Positions 15,305-24,681 of a stretch of 40,524 nt of DNA are shown here, in pieces. A model generated the notes under the pieces. The model saw only the letters and a program-made list of their open reading frames with translations. It was not told the DNA's origin and searched no databases. Source of the stretch: a virus. How positions within the stretch are numbered: position 1 is the stretch's first letter; every line of letters starts with the position of its first letter. The stretch lies in the IMG/VR virus record IMGVR_UViG_3300045988_037302; one strand, 5' to 3'. The position numbers and the translations under genes are program-made.

Positions 15305-18300
15305 ATGGCAGATTATGATGGCAGCATAAGAATAAACACACAAATTGATACGAAAAACGCATCCAGCCAGATGCTACGTTTGGAGAACCAAATTTCCAAG
15401 GCTGCCAAGAAAGCGGCAGATCTTACCGAAAAGATGCGGCAGATGGAGAATCAGAAAGCACCTACAGAGGAATTTAAAGCTGTGCAGGAGCAAATTGACG
15501 ATGCACAAAAAAAACTGGATTCCCTAAATGCAAAAATGGAAAAATTTGTGCAGACTGGTGGGAAAACAGATAGTCGTACTTTTAAGGGAATGAGGTATGA
15601 TGCAGATCAGCTGATTAAGACAATTGAATATGCCAAAGGTGAAATGGCAGATATGCAATCCCGCGGTGGGGCATACATGAACGTTGGAGATGTGCAAGAG
15701 ACTGATGCATATAAAAAAATGGCATCTGATTTATCGGATGCAAATGCAAAAGTTTCGGAATTGTCGCGGAAACAAGAAGAACTTGCTTCCAAAGAATCTA
15801 AAGTCGGCGCACAAGCGGATAAAAGCAAAGGGGAAACATCTGGCTGGTTAGATTCTTTCAAATCCAAGGCAAGAGCTACAGGCGAGAAGGTTTCCGGGCT
15901 GGCATCCCGTTTGAAATCCGCAGGAGCATCACTTAAAAATTTTGTAACACATGGCAAAAGTGGAAGTGGAATGCTTGGGACGTTTGCATCCAGATTAAAA
16001 GGCATCGCACTTTCCATGTTTGTGTTTAACTGGATCACCAAGGCTTGGAATGCAATGCTTTCTGCTATAAAAGACGGAACAGGAAATATTGCAAAATATT
16101 CGGGAGATGTAAATGCCAAAATGTCACAGCTCACAAGTGCTGTGGCAACTCTTAAAAATGCATTTGCTGCATTGGCAGCTCCGATTATTAGTGCTGTTGC
16201 TCCAGCGCTTACTTCGTTAATAAATATGCTCACAGGGGCATTGAACAAGATAAACCAGTTTATATCTGCACTTACTGGCGGGAAAACGTGGATAAAGGCA
16301 ACGAAACAAGTAAAGAATTATGCCGGCGGACTAAAATCTGCATCTTCTGGTGCGGAAAAAGCGGCGAAATCTGCCAAAAAGTTAAAGGGACAATTACAAT
16401 CTTTTAACGAATTAAATGTGATTAGTTCGAACGATTCTGGTGGATCTGGTGGTGGATCTGGTGGAGGTGGGGGTGGCGGAGTTGGAGATATGTTCACGAC
16501 AGAGAACATTGATCCGAAAATTGCCAGCCTTGCAAAGAAGATAAAAGAAATTCTTAAAACCGATGACTGGTCTGAAATCGGAGAAATGCTTGGGAAAAAG
16601 CTGAATGATGCGCTGGCCGGAATTCCCTGGAACGGAATAAAAAAGCAGGCACGCCATATAGCAAGTGGCATTGCAACCTTATTAAATGGATTTCTTGATG
16701 GAACAAACTGGGAACTTGTTGGAAGCACTATTGCAGAAGGACTCAATACAGCTATTGCGTTTGCACAGACGTTTGTACATAAATTCGATTTTAAACAGTT
16801 TGGTAAATCTATAGGGGAAACATTTACAGGAATTTTCCGGACGTTCGATTGGAGCGGTTTAGGAGATACTCTTGGAACTGCAGTTACTGGTCTATTCGAT
16901 ACGCTTAATGGGATTTTTTATAATACCGATTGGAAAGCACTTGGAAAAGGAATTATTGATGGAATTGGAGCTTTTTTCAAGGCAATAAAGTGGAAGAGTA
17001 TTGGAAAATCTATAAGCGGAGCACTGCATTCCCTCTTAACTTTTTTGACTGGTGCGGTAAAGGAAATAGATTGGAAAAAAACCATTGAATACATTGGAAC
17101 ATCAATCGTAGATTTCTTTAAAGGATTTGACTGGAAGGGGCTTGCTGGAGATATTGGAGAGTTCCTTGGAACAGCACTTAAATCTGTGGTAAACCTTGCA
17201 AAAGCTATTGGAGAATTGATTGCGGATGGATTTAGTAATGCAAAAGAATATTTCCAAGACAAGATAGAGGAATGTGGCGGCAATATACCAAAAGGAATTT
17301 TAAAGGGAATAACAGATGCTCTTAAAAATATTGGAACATGGATTAAGAAAAATATATTTGATCCATTTGTGAAAGGATTTAAAGATGCGTTTGGTATCCA
17401 TTCTCCGGCAAAAAAGATGAAGCCTATTGGAAAGAATATATTCCTTGGTGTAATTGATGGTTGGAAAGAAAAGATAAAATCATTTAGCTTTTCAAAGTTG
17501 GCAAAAGAAGCCATTAAGTTAATTCAAAATGGATTTAATGGTGCAAAATCTGTAGTAAATGTTGCGATTTCTTTGATAAAAAAAGGCTGGACTACATTAA
17601 AGAAATTTGTCGGAGAAATAGGGGCGAAAGCTTTTTCTCTTGCAAAAAAAGGCTGGACTACAGTATCAAAATTTGTTGGAGAGATCGGCAAAAAAACATT
17701 TTCTCTTGCAAAAAAAGGCTGGACTACAGTATCTAAGTTTGTTGGAGAAATTGGTAAAAAAGGCTTTGGACTGAAAAAAGATGGCTGGACTACCTTAAAT
17801 AAGTATGTAGGAAAGTTGGATAAAGTAGCCGTGAAATTATATAAGAGCGGTTGGAAATCAATAAACAGCTTTGTGGGAACCACGGTAAAAGTTGGAATCC
17901 AGTTGATAAAAGATGGATGGAGCAGTTTTAAGAACTGGCTTGGAATTGGAAATGATAATTCTTCATCGAAGAAAAAAACATCCAAGAAAGCTGGCGGTGG
18001 AATCTATACCGGTGGTATGTGGCATAACATAGCACATTATGCAGTCGGAACCGAGAACGCACCAGCAGGACAGCTTTTTATCGCGCGTGAAGCAGGACCG
18101 GAGCTTGTCGGAACAATTGCAGGACATACGTCCGTTATGAACAATGACCAGATTGTGGCATCTGTATCGGATGGAGTTGCGCGTGCGGTACGATCCGTAA
18201 TGGCAACCGGAAACCAGAATGTAAATGTTCTGTTTAAAGTGGAAGGAGATCCGAATGGAATCTTCCGTGTGACGCAGCAAAAAGCCAATGAATACTACCG

Positions 18301-18331
18301 GGCAACCGGAAACCCAGCATTTGAATTTTAG
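15305..18331 (+). CDS. Tape measure protein
   Basis: 1008 aa. Has an N-terminal coiled-coil-like region, hydrophobic A/G-rich segments, a Gly run and W/F-periodic repeats. Canonical position. Confidence 0.9.
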   Translation: MADYDGSIRINTQIDTKNASSQMLRLENQISKAAKKAADLTEKMRQMENQKAPTEEFKAVQEQIDDAQKKLDSLNAKMEKFVQTGGKTDSRTFKGMRYDADQLIKTIEYAKGEMADMQSRGGAYMNVGDVQETDAYKKMASDLSDANAKVSELSRKQEELASKESKVGAQADKSKGETSGWLDSFKSKARATGEKVSGLASRLKSAGASLKNFVTHGKSGSGMLGTFASRLKGIALSMFVFNWITKAWNAMLSAIKDGTGNIAKYSGDVNAKMSQLTSAVATLKNAFAALAAPIISAVAPALTSLINMLTGALNKINQFISALTGGKTWIKATKQVKNYAGGLKSASSGAEKAAKSAKKLKGQLQSFNELNVISSNDSGGSGGGSGGGGGGGVGDMFTTENIDPKIASLAKKIKEILKTDDWSEIGEMLGKKLNDALAGIPWNGIKKQARHIASGIATLLNGFLDGTNWELVGSTIAEGLNTAIAFAQTFVHKFDFKQFGKSIGETFTGIFRTFDWSGLGDTLGTAVTGLFDTLNGIFYNTDWKALGKGIIDGIGAFFKAIKWKSIGKSISGALHSLLTFLTGAVKEIDWKKTIEYIGTSIVDFFKGFDWKGLAGDIGEFLGTALKSVVNLAKAIGELIADGFSNAKEYFQDKIEECGGNIPKGILKGITDALKNIGTWIKKNIFDPFVKGFKDAFGIHSPAKKMKPIGKNIFLGVIDGWKEKIKSFSFSKLAKEAIKLIQNGFNGAKSVVNVAISLIKKGWTTLKKFVGEIGAKAFSLAKKGWTTVSKFVGEIGKKTFSLAKKGWTTVSKFVGEIGKKGFGLKKDGWTTLNKYVGKLDKVAVKLYKSGWKSINSFVGTTVKVGIQLIKDGWSSFKNWLGIGNDNSSSKKKTSKKAGGGIYTGGMWHNIAHYAVGTENAPAGQLFIAREAGPELVGTIAGHTSVMNNDQIVASVSDGVARAVRSVMATGNQNVNVLFKVEGDPNGIFRVTQQKANEYYRATGNPAFEF
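17575..17945 (+). repeat. Tandem 66-nt (22-aa) repeats inside the tape measure gene (six or more copies, two nearly identical)
   Basis: ggctggacta recurs at 17585, 17651, 17717 and 17783 (period 66). Protein units are KKGWTT(L/V).KFVGEIG.K.FSLA. Confidence 0.85.
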
Positions 18332-18343
18332 GAGGTGGATTGA

Positions 18344-18763
18344 ATGGGATACGGTGGCTATTTGATTAGAGTCGGAAATTATACAGTGCCGTTTGACTGT
18401 ATACTGGCCAGTACATTTCAATCTCCTCTGTTGGGGCAGGATAAGGATACGTACAATGATGATAATGGAGAACTGCACAGAACGGCATTAAAGAACCAGG
18501 TACTTAAGGCAGAGTGGCAGACACCTGCCATGAACGAAAAGAAATTTAATACATTTATGAGCAACATAAATAAACAATATGTGGAACAGCGCAGGGAAAA
18601 GAAATGTCTGGTAACTGCCTGGTGTCCTGAAATTATGAAATATGTAACAATGTATTGCTATGTTCCTGATGTTACACCGATTATTGCATATGCAGACGAA
18701 AAGAAGATTGAATATGACGGCTGGCGAATAGCTTTTATTGGATATGGAGGGAATATTTTATGA
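18344..18763 (+). CDS. Small tail protein in the distal-tail-protein (Dit) position
   Basis: GGAGG RBS. It is the first gene after the TMP. At 139 aa it is shorter than typical Dit proteins. Confidence 0.35.
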   Translation: MGYGGYLIRVGNYTVPFDCILASTFQSPLLGQDKDTYNDDNGELHRTALKNQVLKAEWQTPAMNEKKFNTFMSNINKQYVEQRREKKCLVTAWCPEIMKYVTMYCYVPDVTPIIAYADEKKIEYDGWRIAFIGYGGNIL

Positions 18764-20964
18764 TAAGCGGCAAAAATAAGCAGCTCTATTATGAGAGTTC
18801 CATAGACAAACAATTAAATATAGAAGTAATCGGAACAAAGCATGTGATTGACAACTCCATGAGAGAGCAGGACACATTCACATTGACCGAAACTCTGAAT
18901 GACGGCACGGAACTGAAATTCGGTTCTTGCCTGCCGAACCAGATTTCTTTTACCGGACGTGAGGTACCAATTGCCACAAAAGGCATGAAGCTACGTGTGA
19001 CGGAAACTCTGGAAGGGAATGAGAATGATCCGTTTGTGTATGGCACATATACGGTACAGTCTGATACCCCGACCGCTGATCGTACCAAGCGGCAGGTCGT
19101 TGCCTATGATGCCATGTATGACATAATCAATGCTGATGTAAAAAGTTGGTATGACGGTTTATCTTTCCCAATGACCTTGAAAGCATTTCGTGACAGTTTT
19201 TTTGCACACCTCGGCATCGAACAGAAAGAGACAAGCCTTGTCAACGATTCCATGACGGTAAACAAAACGCTGGTAACTACACAGTCCGATGATTCCAGCG
19301 TGACCGCAGAAGCTACGATAAGCGGCAAGACAATCATCGAAGCGATTTGTGAGATCAACGGGGCATTTGGAAATATCGGGAGAGGCGGTAGATTTGAGTA
19401 TGTGATTTTAAAGGCGATTACATCTGCACTGTATCCGGCAGAAGATCTGTACCCACGGGAAGATCTCTTTCCATCGGATGCAAACACTGAAAGCATGAAC
19501 GGACACTATATCACATTTGATTATGAAGCGTTCCAAAGCCAAGCAATAACACAGTTGGAGATCCGGGCAGATGATTCTACTGCCGGGGCTATTGTGGGAA
19601 CATCTGGAAACAATTATGTTATTTCCGGCAACTTCCTTATAAGCGACAAGACTGGGGCTGAAATGAAGCAGATTGCGAATAATCTGCTGCCGGTAATTGC
19701 ACAGGCAGCATACACCCCGATAAAGAGCAGCGAGTGTGTTGGAAATCCGTGTTTAGAGTTGGGAGATCCAATCCGGTTTAATACGAGCCGGGAGATTGTG
19801 GAGTCTTATATTCTGCAGCGAACCCTTACTGGTGTGCAAAGCAAGCGTGACTCGATTGTATCTACAGGAACAGAAAAACATACCGCGCAAAACCAAACCA
19901 CGCGAGAAATGGTGGAGTCGATAAAAAGACGAACACATGCACTGGAAGAAACCGCCGATCATATGCAATCAACGTATGAGGATTTAGAGCAACAGACAAG
20001 CTCTAAATTTGAGCAGACCGCAAATAGCATTTCCGCAGAAGTCGATCGTGCGCAAAAAGCGGAAGGGCAATTAGACGCATCATTGGAATTGAAGTTAGGC
20101 AGAGATGAGAACGACCAAGTTATTTCGATGATTAATGCCAGTGCCGACCAAATTGTGCTACGAGGAAACAGATTGATTGTAGAATGTAACAACTTTGAAC
20201 TGGACGGTAGCGGACGAGTACATATAATAGAATCTCTGCTTTTCGACAGTGGCGAGGCATCCGGGATAGAGATATTAGGGCATGACGGAAGAAATAATGC
20301 GCTATTGCAGAATGTTATGTTGGACTTGTCATCTGTTACTGACGCAAACGGGGAAAACTTGGCGACAGAAAGTTATGTTGACGGTTCGCTGAATGGCTAC
20401 GCAACCAAAAGCGAATTGCCAAGTGGGTATTTTACAGATGTAGACTATACACTTAATGATAAGTCTACAACCAAGTATTCGCCCAGACACTTTAATAAAG
20501 TGTCTAATTTTGGTTCGAGGGAAAGCACCTTGGATATCGAGGGTCTTTTGATTTCTATTCCGAGTTCCGATAAAAGGTTGAAAAATAATATACAATCATT
20601 AAGGGATATTAAAAGTGTGTATATGGCAATGCGCCCGGTTGAGTATACATGGAAATCCGGATATATCACGCAGCACACAGGCTTGCAGTTTGGTTTAATT
20701 GCGCAGGATTTAGAGAAGATTTTGCAGGATGCCGGATTGTCCGATAGCGGACTTGTACTAAAAGAAAATGCCGAAGAGGATGAAAAAGCAATTCACGGAG
20801 ATTCAAAGACATGGAAAATTGACAAGGAAAATCTCCATGCAATGCACATACAGATGATCCAGATGCAGCAGAAAGAAATCGAACTTTTGCAGCAGAAAAA
20901 CGAAGATCTGGAACGCAGATTATCAGCGTTAGAAAGGAGTGTGAACCATGCAGAAAATATATAG
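18760..20964 (+). CDS. Tail tip / fibre protein with C-terminal S74-type intramolecular chaperone domain
   Basis: 734 aa. The C-terminal SDKRLKNNIQSL...PVEYTWKSG...GLIAQDLEKILQDAG followed by a coiled coil matches the endosialidase-chaperone (Peptidase_S74) pattern. Confidence 0.7.
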   Translation: MISGKNKQLYYESSIDKQLNIEVIGTKHVIDNSMREQDTFTLTETLNDGTELKFGSCLPNQISFTGREVPIATKGMKLRVTETLEGNENDPFVYGTYTVQSDTPTADRTKRQVVAYDAMYDIINADVKSWYDGLSFPMTLKAFRDSFFAHLGIEQKETSLVNDSMTVNKTLVTTQSDDSSVTAEATISGKTIIEAICEINGAFGNIGRGGRFEYVILKAITSALYPAEDLYPREDLFPSDANTESMNGHYITFDYEAFQSQAITQLEIRADDSTAGAIVGTSGNNYVISGNFLISDKTGAEMKQIANNLLPVIAQAAYTPIKSSECVGNPCLELGDPIRFNTSREIVESYILQRTLTGVQSKRDSIVSTGTEKHTAQNQTTREMVESIKRRTHALEETADHMQSTYEDLEQQTSSKFEQTANSISAEVDRAQKAEGQLDASLELKLGRDENDQVISMINASADQIVLRGNRLIVECNNFELDGSGRVHIIESLLFDSGEASGIEILGHDGRNNALLQNVMLDLSSVTDANGENLATESYVDGSLNGYATKSELPSGYFTDVDYTLNDKSTTKYSPRHFNKVSNFGSRESTLDIEGLLISIPSSDKRLKNNIQSLRDIKSVYMAMRPVEYTWKSGYITQHTGLQFGLIAQDLEKILQDAGLSDSGLVLKENAEEDEKAIHGDSKTWKIDKENLHAMHIQMIQMQQKEIELLQQKNEDLERRLSALERSVNHAENI

Positions 20965-21676
20965 CAGGACGTATTGGGAGAACTTCCCGAGTGAAAAAAC
21001 CGCCATGAATGAGAAACGGCTAAACAACGCCGAAAAAGGGATTGACGATCTGGATGATCGTATAGTTGCTATGGACGCGGCAAAAGTCGATCTTGTCAAG
21101 GCGAATAATCTTGTAGAAGAAATTACTTACGAGGAAGCAACCGGCATATTGACTGTTACTAAAATGAATGGTTCTAAAGCTGTCATTGATACTAAGCTGG
21201 AAAAGCTGGCCGTAAACTTTACATATGATCCGCAGACACAGCAGCTGATTATTACACTTGATGATGGCACCACGCAGAATGTTGATTTGTCTGCGCTGAT
21301 TACAGAATATGAATTTCTTGATTCCGATACGATCGCATTTGAGATTACAGACGGCAAAATCAAAGCTATCGTAAAGAATGGTTCCATTACGGAAGATATG
21401 CTGCAACCGAACTTCTTGGCAGATGTTAAAGTTGAAGCCGAAAAAGCGAAAGCATCAGCATCCGCTGCGGATGCGTCAGAAAAGGAATCCACGGTACAAG
21501 CTAATCTATCCAAAGAGTATGCGGATAAGGCCAAGGAATACAGCGATAACATTGATAAAAAAGCTCATCTGGCAACATTTGATGTGAATGAGGACGGCGA
21601 GTTGATCTATACAGATAACACAGCAGATGTGTTTACCGTTGATGATAACGGGAATTTGAATTGGGAGGTGGCTTAG
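20948..21676 (+). CDS. Tail fibre protein
   Basis: N-terminal YWENFPSEKTAMNEKRLNNAEKGIDDLDDRI is a common Firmicutes phage fibre N-terminus. Alanine-rich coiled segment. Sits within the fibre cluster. Confidence 0.55.
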   Translation: MQKIYSRTYWENFPSEKTAMNEKRLNNAEKGIDDLDDRIVAMDAAKVDLVKANNLVEEITYEEATGILTVTKMNGSKAVIDTKLEKLAVNFTYDPQTQQLIITLDDGTTQNVDLSALITEYEFLDSDTIAFEITDGKIKAIVKNGSITEDMLQPNFLADVKVEAEKAKASASAADASEKESTVQANLSKEYADKAKEYSDNIDKKAHLATFDVNEDGELIYTDNTADVFTVDDNGNLNWEVA

Positions 21677-21677
21677 A

Positions 21678-22478
21678 ATGGCTATAGCAGGAAGAGTAGC
21701 AATCGTGCCAAAAGGCGATTGGAGCGCAGATGCTACATATAAGAGATTGGATGCAGTGACTTATAACAATGCGCTTTATTTCGCAAAAAAGGATGTGCCG
21801 GCAGGAACGGCAACAAGCAATACAGAATATTGGTCGAAGTCGATTGTGGGTGGTGTCGGTGCAATCGCAACGAAAGAGGATGCCGGGAATGTGAAACCTG
21901 CAGACGGACTTTCGATTGCAGAAGATGGAACCCTTAAGGTAAGCATTGATGGCACGACCCTTACAATGGATCAGGTCAACAATGTAATCAAGTTGGCAGA
22001 TGCCTTAAAAGAAAAAATCGGAAGCGCACTGCAACCGGAAAGTATCGTAAACAATCAGGTTACAACAGAAGCTGGATTCGCACTTGATGCGCGGCAGGCT
22101 AACCCGAATATAGACGGCACGCTGGCGAAACAGGTAAGTGATTTAAACGGCAGTTTAAAAATTAAAATTGTTCAATGGACACCATATTGTCCTCGAACAG
22201 ATTTTGCAGATAAGGTTAAGCTTAGCGAAGCGATGGCACTACGATACGGATCTTTAGTAATTTGCGCTATACGTATTGATTTATCTGAAAATACTCCTGG
22301 CAAATATGTTTCTATTGTAAATTTACCAACAAAATTGTTTACTGGTATCAACCAAACAAACATGGACGGAAAAGAAGGTAAATGGTATTTAGATAAAAAC
22401 ACAGCTAGTGTCTTTTTGCGAAGCGTATTTGAAGCCGGCACGTATTGGCTTAACTTCATGTATCTAGAAGCAGAATAA
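21678..22478 (+). CDS. Tail fibre / receptor-binding protein; constant part 21678-22159 plus currently expressed variable 3' cassette 22160-22478
   Basis: N-terminal GRVAIVPKGDWSADATYKRLDAVTYNNALYFAKKD is a fibre-type motif. The inverted repeat at 22143-22159 lies in frame (LNGSL). Confidence 0.7.
   Translation: MAIAGRVAIVPKGDWSADATYKRLDAVTYNNALYFAKKDVPAGTATSNTEYWSKSIVGGVGAIATKEDAGNVKPADGLSIAEDGTLKVSIDGTTLTMDQVNNVIKLADALKEKIGSALQPESIVNNQVTTEAGFALDARQANPNIDGTLAKQVSDLNGSLKIKIVQWTPYCPRTDFADKVKLSEAMALRYGSLVICAIRIDLSENTPGKYVSIVNLPTKLFTGINQTNMDGKEGKWYLDKNTASVFLRSVFEAGTYWLNFMYLEAE
22143..22159 (+). repeat. Left inverted repeat (ttaaacggcagtttaaa) of the putative invertible segment
   Basis: Perfect 17-bp reverse-complement match to 22773-22789. 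The site itself has dyad symmetry: TTTAAA-CGGCAG-TTTAAA. Confidence 0.9.
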
Positions 22479-22480
22479 AA

Positions 22481-22772
22481 TTAAATATCATACAAAATAA
22501 AATTGCCTTCCCAAACTTGTACCAAACAAAGAGTGGTACTTCGTGGACTTGCAAGTAACCCAATACCATAATTTAAAGTATCTAAACCATTCCACGAAAA
22601 TATAATAAGCGAGTAATCACCTACATTTTTGAAAGTCGTTACGTGTTTAGATATTGAACTATAGAAATTATCTTCTATTGTGTCTACGTGGTATATTCCA
22701 CATCCACCAGATACTTGCGATGCCGAAGACCAATTATTGATTATTTTTCTGAACTTAAAATTATTTAAGTCA
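22481..22772 (-). other. Silent alternative 3' cassette for the tail fibre gene (97 codons + stop), opposite strand
   Basis: Open frame on the minus strand that reads LNGSL through the right IR in the same codon phase as the fibre gene. No SD precedes its only upstream ATG (22810). It sits tail-to-tail, 2 bp from the fibre stop. Confidence 0.7.
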
Positions 22773-22789
22773 TTTAAACTGCCGTTTAA
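22773..22789 (-). repeat. Right inverted repeat of the putative invertible segment
   Basis: The + strand reads tttaaactgccgtttaa, the reverse complement of 22143-22159. Confidence 0.9.
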
Positions 22790-22856
22790 GAAAATGTATC
22801 GAACAAACATTCGAACGTAACTTATAAACCATTTTTATAGAAAGGAATTAAAAAAC

Positions 22857-23255
22857 ATGGATAAAATTATTTTAAAAGATCAGACCAGCTTCGAGGTTGC
22901 CGATGGTGCAAGCCTTGGAAACATCCAGATCAAAGCCGAGAACTTCGAAGCCATTAAAACGATCACGGATGCTTTCGCAGAGGACAACCTTGCGGAAGTA
23001 ACTTTTAAACACAATGATGAGGTATCCGGAAAGTACACCGATCTGAAGTGTGATGGGTTTACATACGCACCGAATACGGACGAGGACGGGAAAGAGGATG
23101 GAACGTACACCGTCACAATCCGCCTTAGAACCAAAACCGACATTGAAAAGCGTCTGGATGCATTGGAAGCCGGACAGGTAACTCTGCAGCAGGGGCACGA
23201 GTCCAACGCCGGAGCGATTGAAGATCTGGCCGGAATTATCGGAGGTGAAGAATAA
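22857..23255 (+). CDS. Hypothetical protein (XkdW-position)
   Basis: ORF between the fibre cluster and the XkdX-like micro-gene. No diagnostic motif. Confidence 0.45.
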   Translation: MDKIILKDQTSFEVADGASLGNIQIKAENFEAIKTITDAFAEDNLAEVTFKHNDEVSGKYTDLKCDGFTYAPNTDEDGKEDGTYTVTIRLRTKTDIEKRLDALEAGQVTLQQGHESNAGAIEDLAGIIGGEE

Positions 23256-23383
23256 TGGCATGTGTAAACCTTATAAAATTCTATGTGCGCAGAATCACAA
23301 CCGACAAGAAAATTACGATTGATGATGTACCGGAACGCTGGCGTGAACAGGTACGGGCAGAAATTGAAAAGGCAGAGCAGTAA
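23255..23383 (+). CDS. XkdX-like small protein (42 aa)
   Basis: Hand-translated as MACVNLIKFYVRRITTDKKITIDDVPERWREQVRAEIEKAEQ. Overlaps the upstream stop. Size and position match PBSX-like XkdX. Confidence 0.4.
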   Translation: MACVNLIKFYVRRITTDKKITIDDVPERWREQVRAEIEKAEQ

Positions 23384-23405
23384 GGGCATCTTTGGATGCC
23401 CTTTT
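23384..23405 (+). terminator. Intrinsic terminator ending the tail operon
   Basis: gggcatc-tttg-gatgccc followed by tttt. Confidence 0.75.
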
Positions 23406-23442
23406 AAATTGGTACAAAATCAATCTTGGCATCTATTACAAT
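23406..23442 (+). promoter_or_regulatory. Late-promoter-like element, copy 3 (AAATTGGTACAAAA-N17-TACAAT)
   Basis: Same box and spacing as copies 1 and 2. Precedes the lysis cassette. Confidence 0.6.
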
Positions 23443-23473
23443 ATAGTTAGGAAACTTCGGAAGGAGTGAAATC

Positions 23474-23815
23474 ATGTGGTCTAAAACTTATAACGAGCGT
23501 CGGCTTACCAGAGTTGAGGCACGCGCTAAATCGAATACACACAGAATCGATAAACTGGAACCAATTGTTGAGGAGATACATACAATGAGTGAAACGATGG
23601 TGCAGTTGGTCGAGGAAGTAAAGCATACTAACGAGAATGTGTGCGCCTTGGATGAGAAGATTGATAGCATGGATGCTCGCGTCGATGTTATGGAACGCGC
23701 ACCGGCAGAAGATGTTAAAAAATATAAGTCAGTCGCTATAACTGCAATCATCAGTACGATTTCCACAGCATTGGCTATTGGATTGGTTTCGATGATTGCT
23801 CAATATATCAAATAA
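23474..23815 (+). CDS. xhlA: XhlA-like lysis-associated membrane protein
   Basis: N-terminal helical region (RLTRVEARAKSNTHRIDKLE...) with a single C-terminal TM (VAITAIISTISTALAIGLVSMIAQ). Located upstream of the holin, as in PBSX. Confidence 0.6.
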   Translation: MWSKTYNERRLTRVEARAKSNTHRIDKLEPIVEEIHTMSETMVQLVEEVKHTNENVCALDEKIDSMDARVDVMERAPAEDVKKYKSVAITAIISTISTALAIGLVSMIAQYIK

Positions 23816-23834
23816 GAAAGAAGAGGTATTTAAT

Positions 23835-24059
23835 ATGAAGAATTGTGTATTTAAAGCAAACGTAGACACTGTTAAATGGTTCAAAGCCGCTGGAATCCGT
23901 GCTGTGAAAACAATGGCACAGACCGCTGTTGCAGTGATCGGTACTGCCGCTGTGGTATCGTCTGTGGATTGGAAGCTGGTCGTATCATCTGCAATTGTAT
24001 CTGGTGTAGTATCGCTGCTCACCAGCGTAGCAGGAATACCAGAAGTGAAGGAGGAGTAA
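23835..24059 (+). CDS. Holin
   Basis: 74 aa with two hydrophobic segments (TMAQTAVAVIGTAAVV and LVVSSAIVSGVVSLLTSVAG) and a charged C-terminus. Sits immediately upstream of the endolysin. ATG 23835 has an AAGAGG RBS. Confidence 0.7.
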   Translation: MKNCVFKANVDTVKWFKAAGIRAVKTMAQTAVAVIGTAAVVSSVDWKLVVSSAIVSGVVSLLTSVAGIPEVKEE

Positions 24060-24065
24060 TTACAT

Positions 24066-24614
24066 ATGAAAATCAACGTACATGCCGGGCACAACCCGGA
24101 TGGAAAGATCGCCTGCGGTGCTGTTGGACTCATCAAGGAGTCCACAGAGGCACGCAAGGTCAAGAAAGAAGTGATCCGACTCCTTAGAAAGAAAGGGCAC
24201 AAGGTGTATGATTGTACCTGCACCAATGGGACAAGCCAGACTGATGTCCTGAAGCGGATCGTAACAAAGTGCAACAAGCACAAGGTGGATCTGGATATTT
24301 CGATTCATTTTAATTGTGGAGTCGGGGATAAGAAAGGCAATGGTAAGACGACCGGAACGGAAGTGTATGTGTACAGTGAGAAAAGCGCAGCGAAGCCGGC
24401 GGCAGAACGTGTCGTTAAAGACATTGCGGCTCTTGGATTCAAAAACCGTGGAGTAAAGATCCGGACTGATCTGTATGTGTTGCGCCGAACCAATTCTCCG
24501 GCCATGCTGATCGAGTGCTGTTTTGTGGATGATAAGGACGATGTGGAGCTGTATTCTTACAAGAAGATGGCGGCAGCAATTGTTACTGGGATTCTTGGAC
24601 AAGCGGTTAAGTAG
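24066..24614 (+). CDS. Endolysin, N-acetylmuramoyl-L-alanine amidase (Amidase_3 type), catalytic domain only
   Basis: HAGHNPDG...GAVG, SIHFN and ECCFVDDKDD match the Amidase_3 zinc-ligand pattern. At 182 aa there is no obvious cell-wall-binding domain. Confidence 0.8.
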   Translation: MKINVHAGHNPDGKIACGAVGLIKESTEARKVKKEVIRLLRKKGHKVYDCTCTNGTSQTDVLKRIVTKCNKHKVDLDISIHFNCGVGDKKGNGKTTGTEVYVYSEKSAAKPAAERVVKDIAALGFKNRGVKIRTDLYVLRRTNSPAMLIECCFVDDKDDVELYSYKKMAAAIVTGILGQAVK

Positions 24615-24633
24615 ATGACACGAAAGATGACAC
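24614..24633 (+). repeat. Arm-type repeat pair GATGACAC-gaaa-GATGACAC, left of the attP core
   Basis: A 20-nt sequence identical to 24833-24852. Confidence 0.8.
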
Positions 24634-24681
24634 AAATTTGAACAATGTATGGAAATAGCGTATCTTACATTGTTTTTTAGA

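Noticed and set aside
17575-17945. Regularly spaced repeats as a possible CRISPR array.
   Set aside because: The repeats are contiguous with no spacers, in frame inside the tape-measure ORF, and degenerate at the protein level. No cas genes are present.
22527-22535. ttggtacaa (minus strand) inside the silent fibre cassette matches the core of the late-promoter box.
   Set aside because: The flanks differ from the 14-mer and there is no -10-like hexamer at the 17-nt spacing. It lies within coding sequence (LVQVW).
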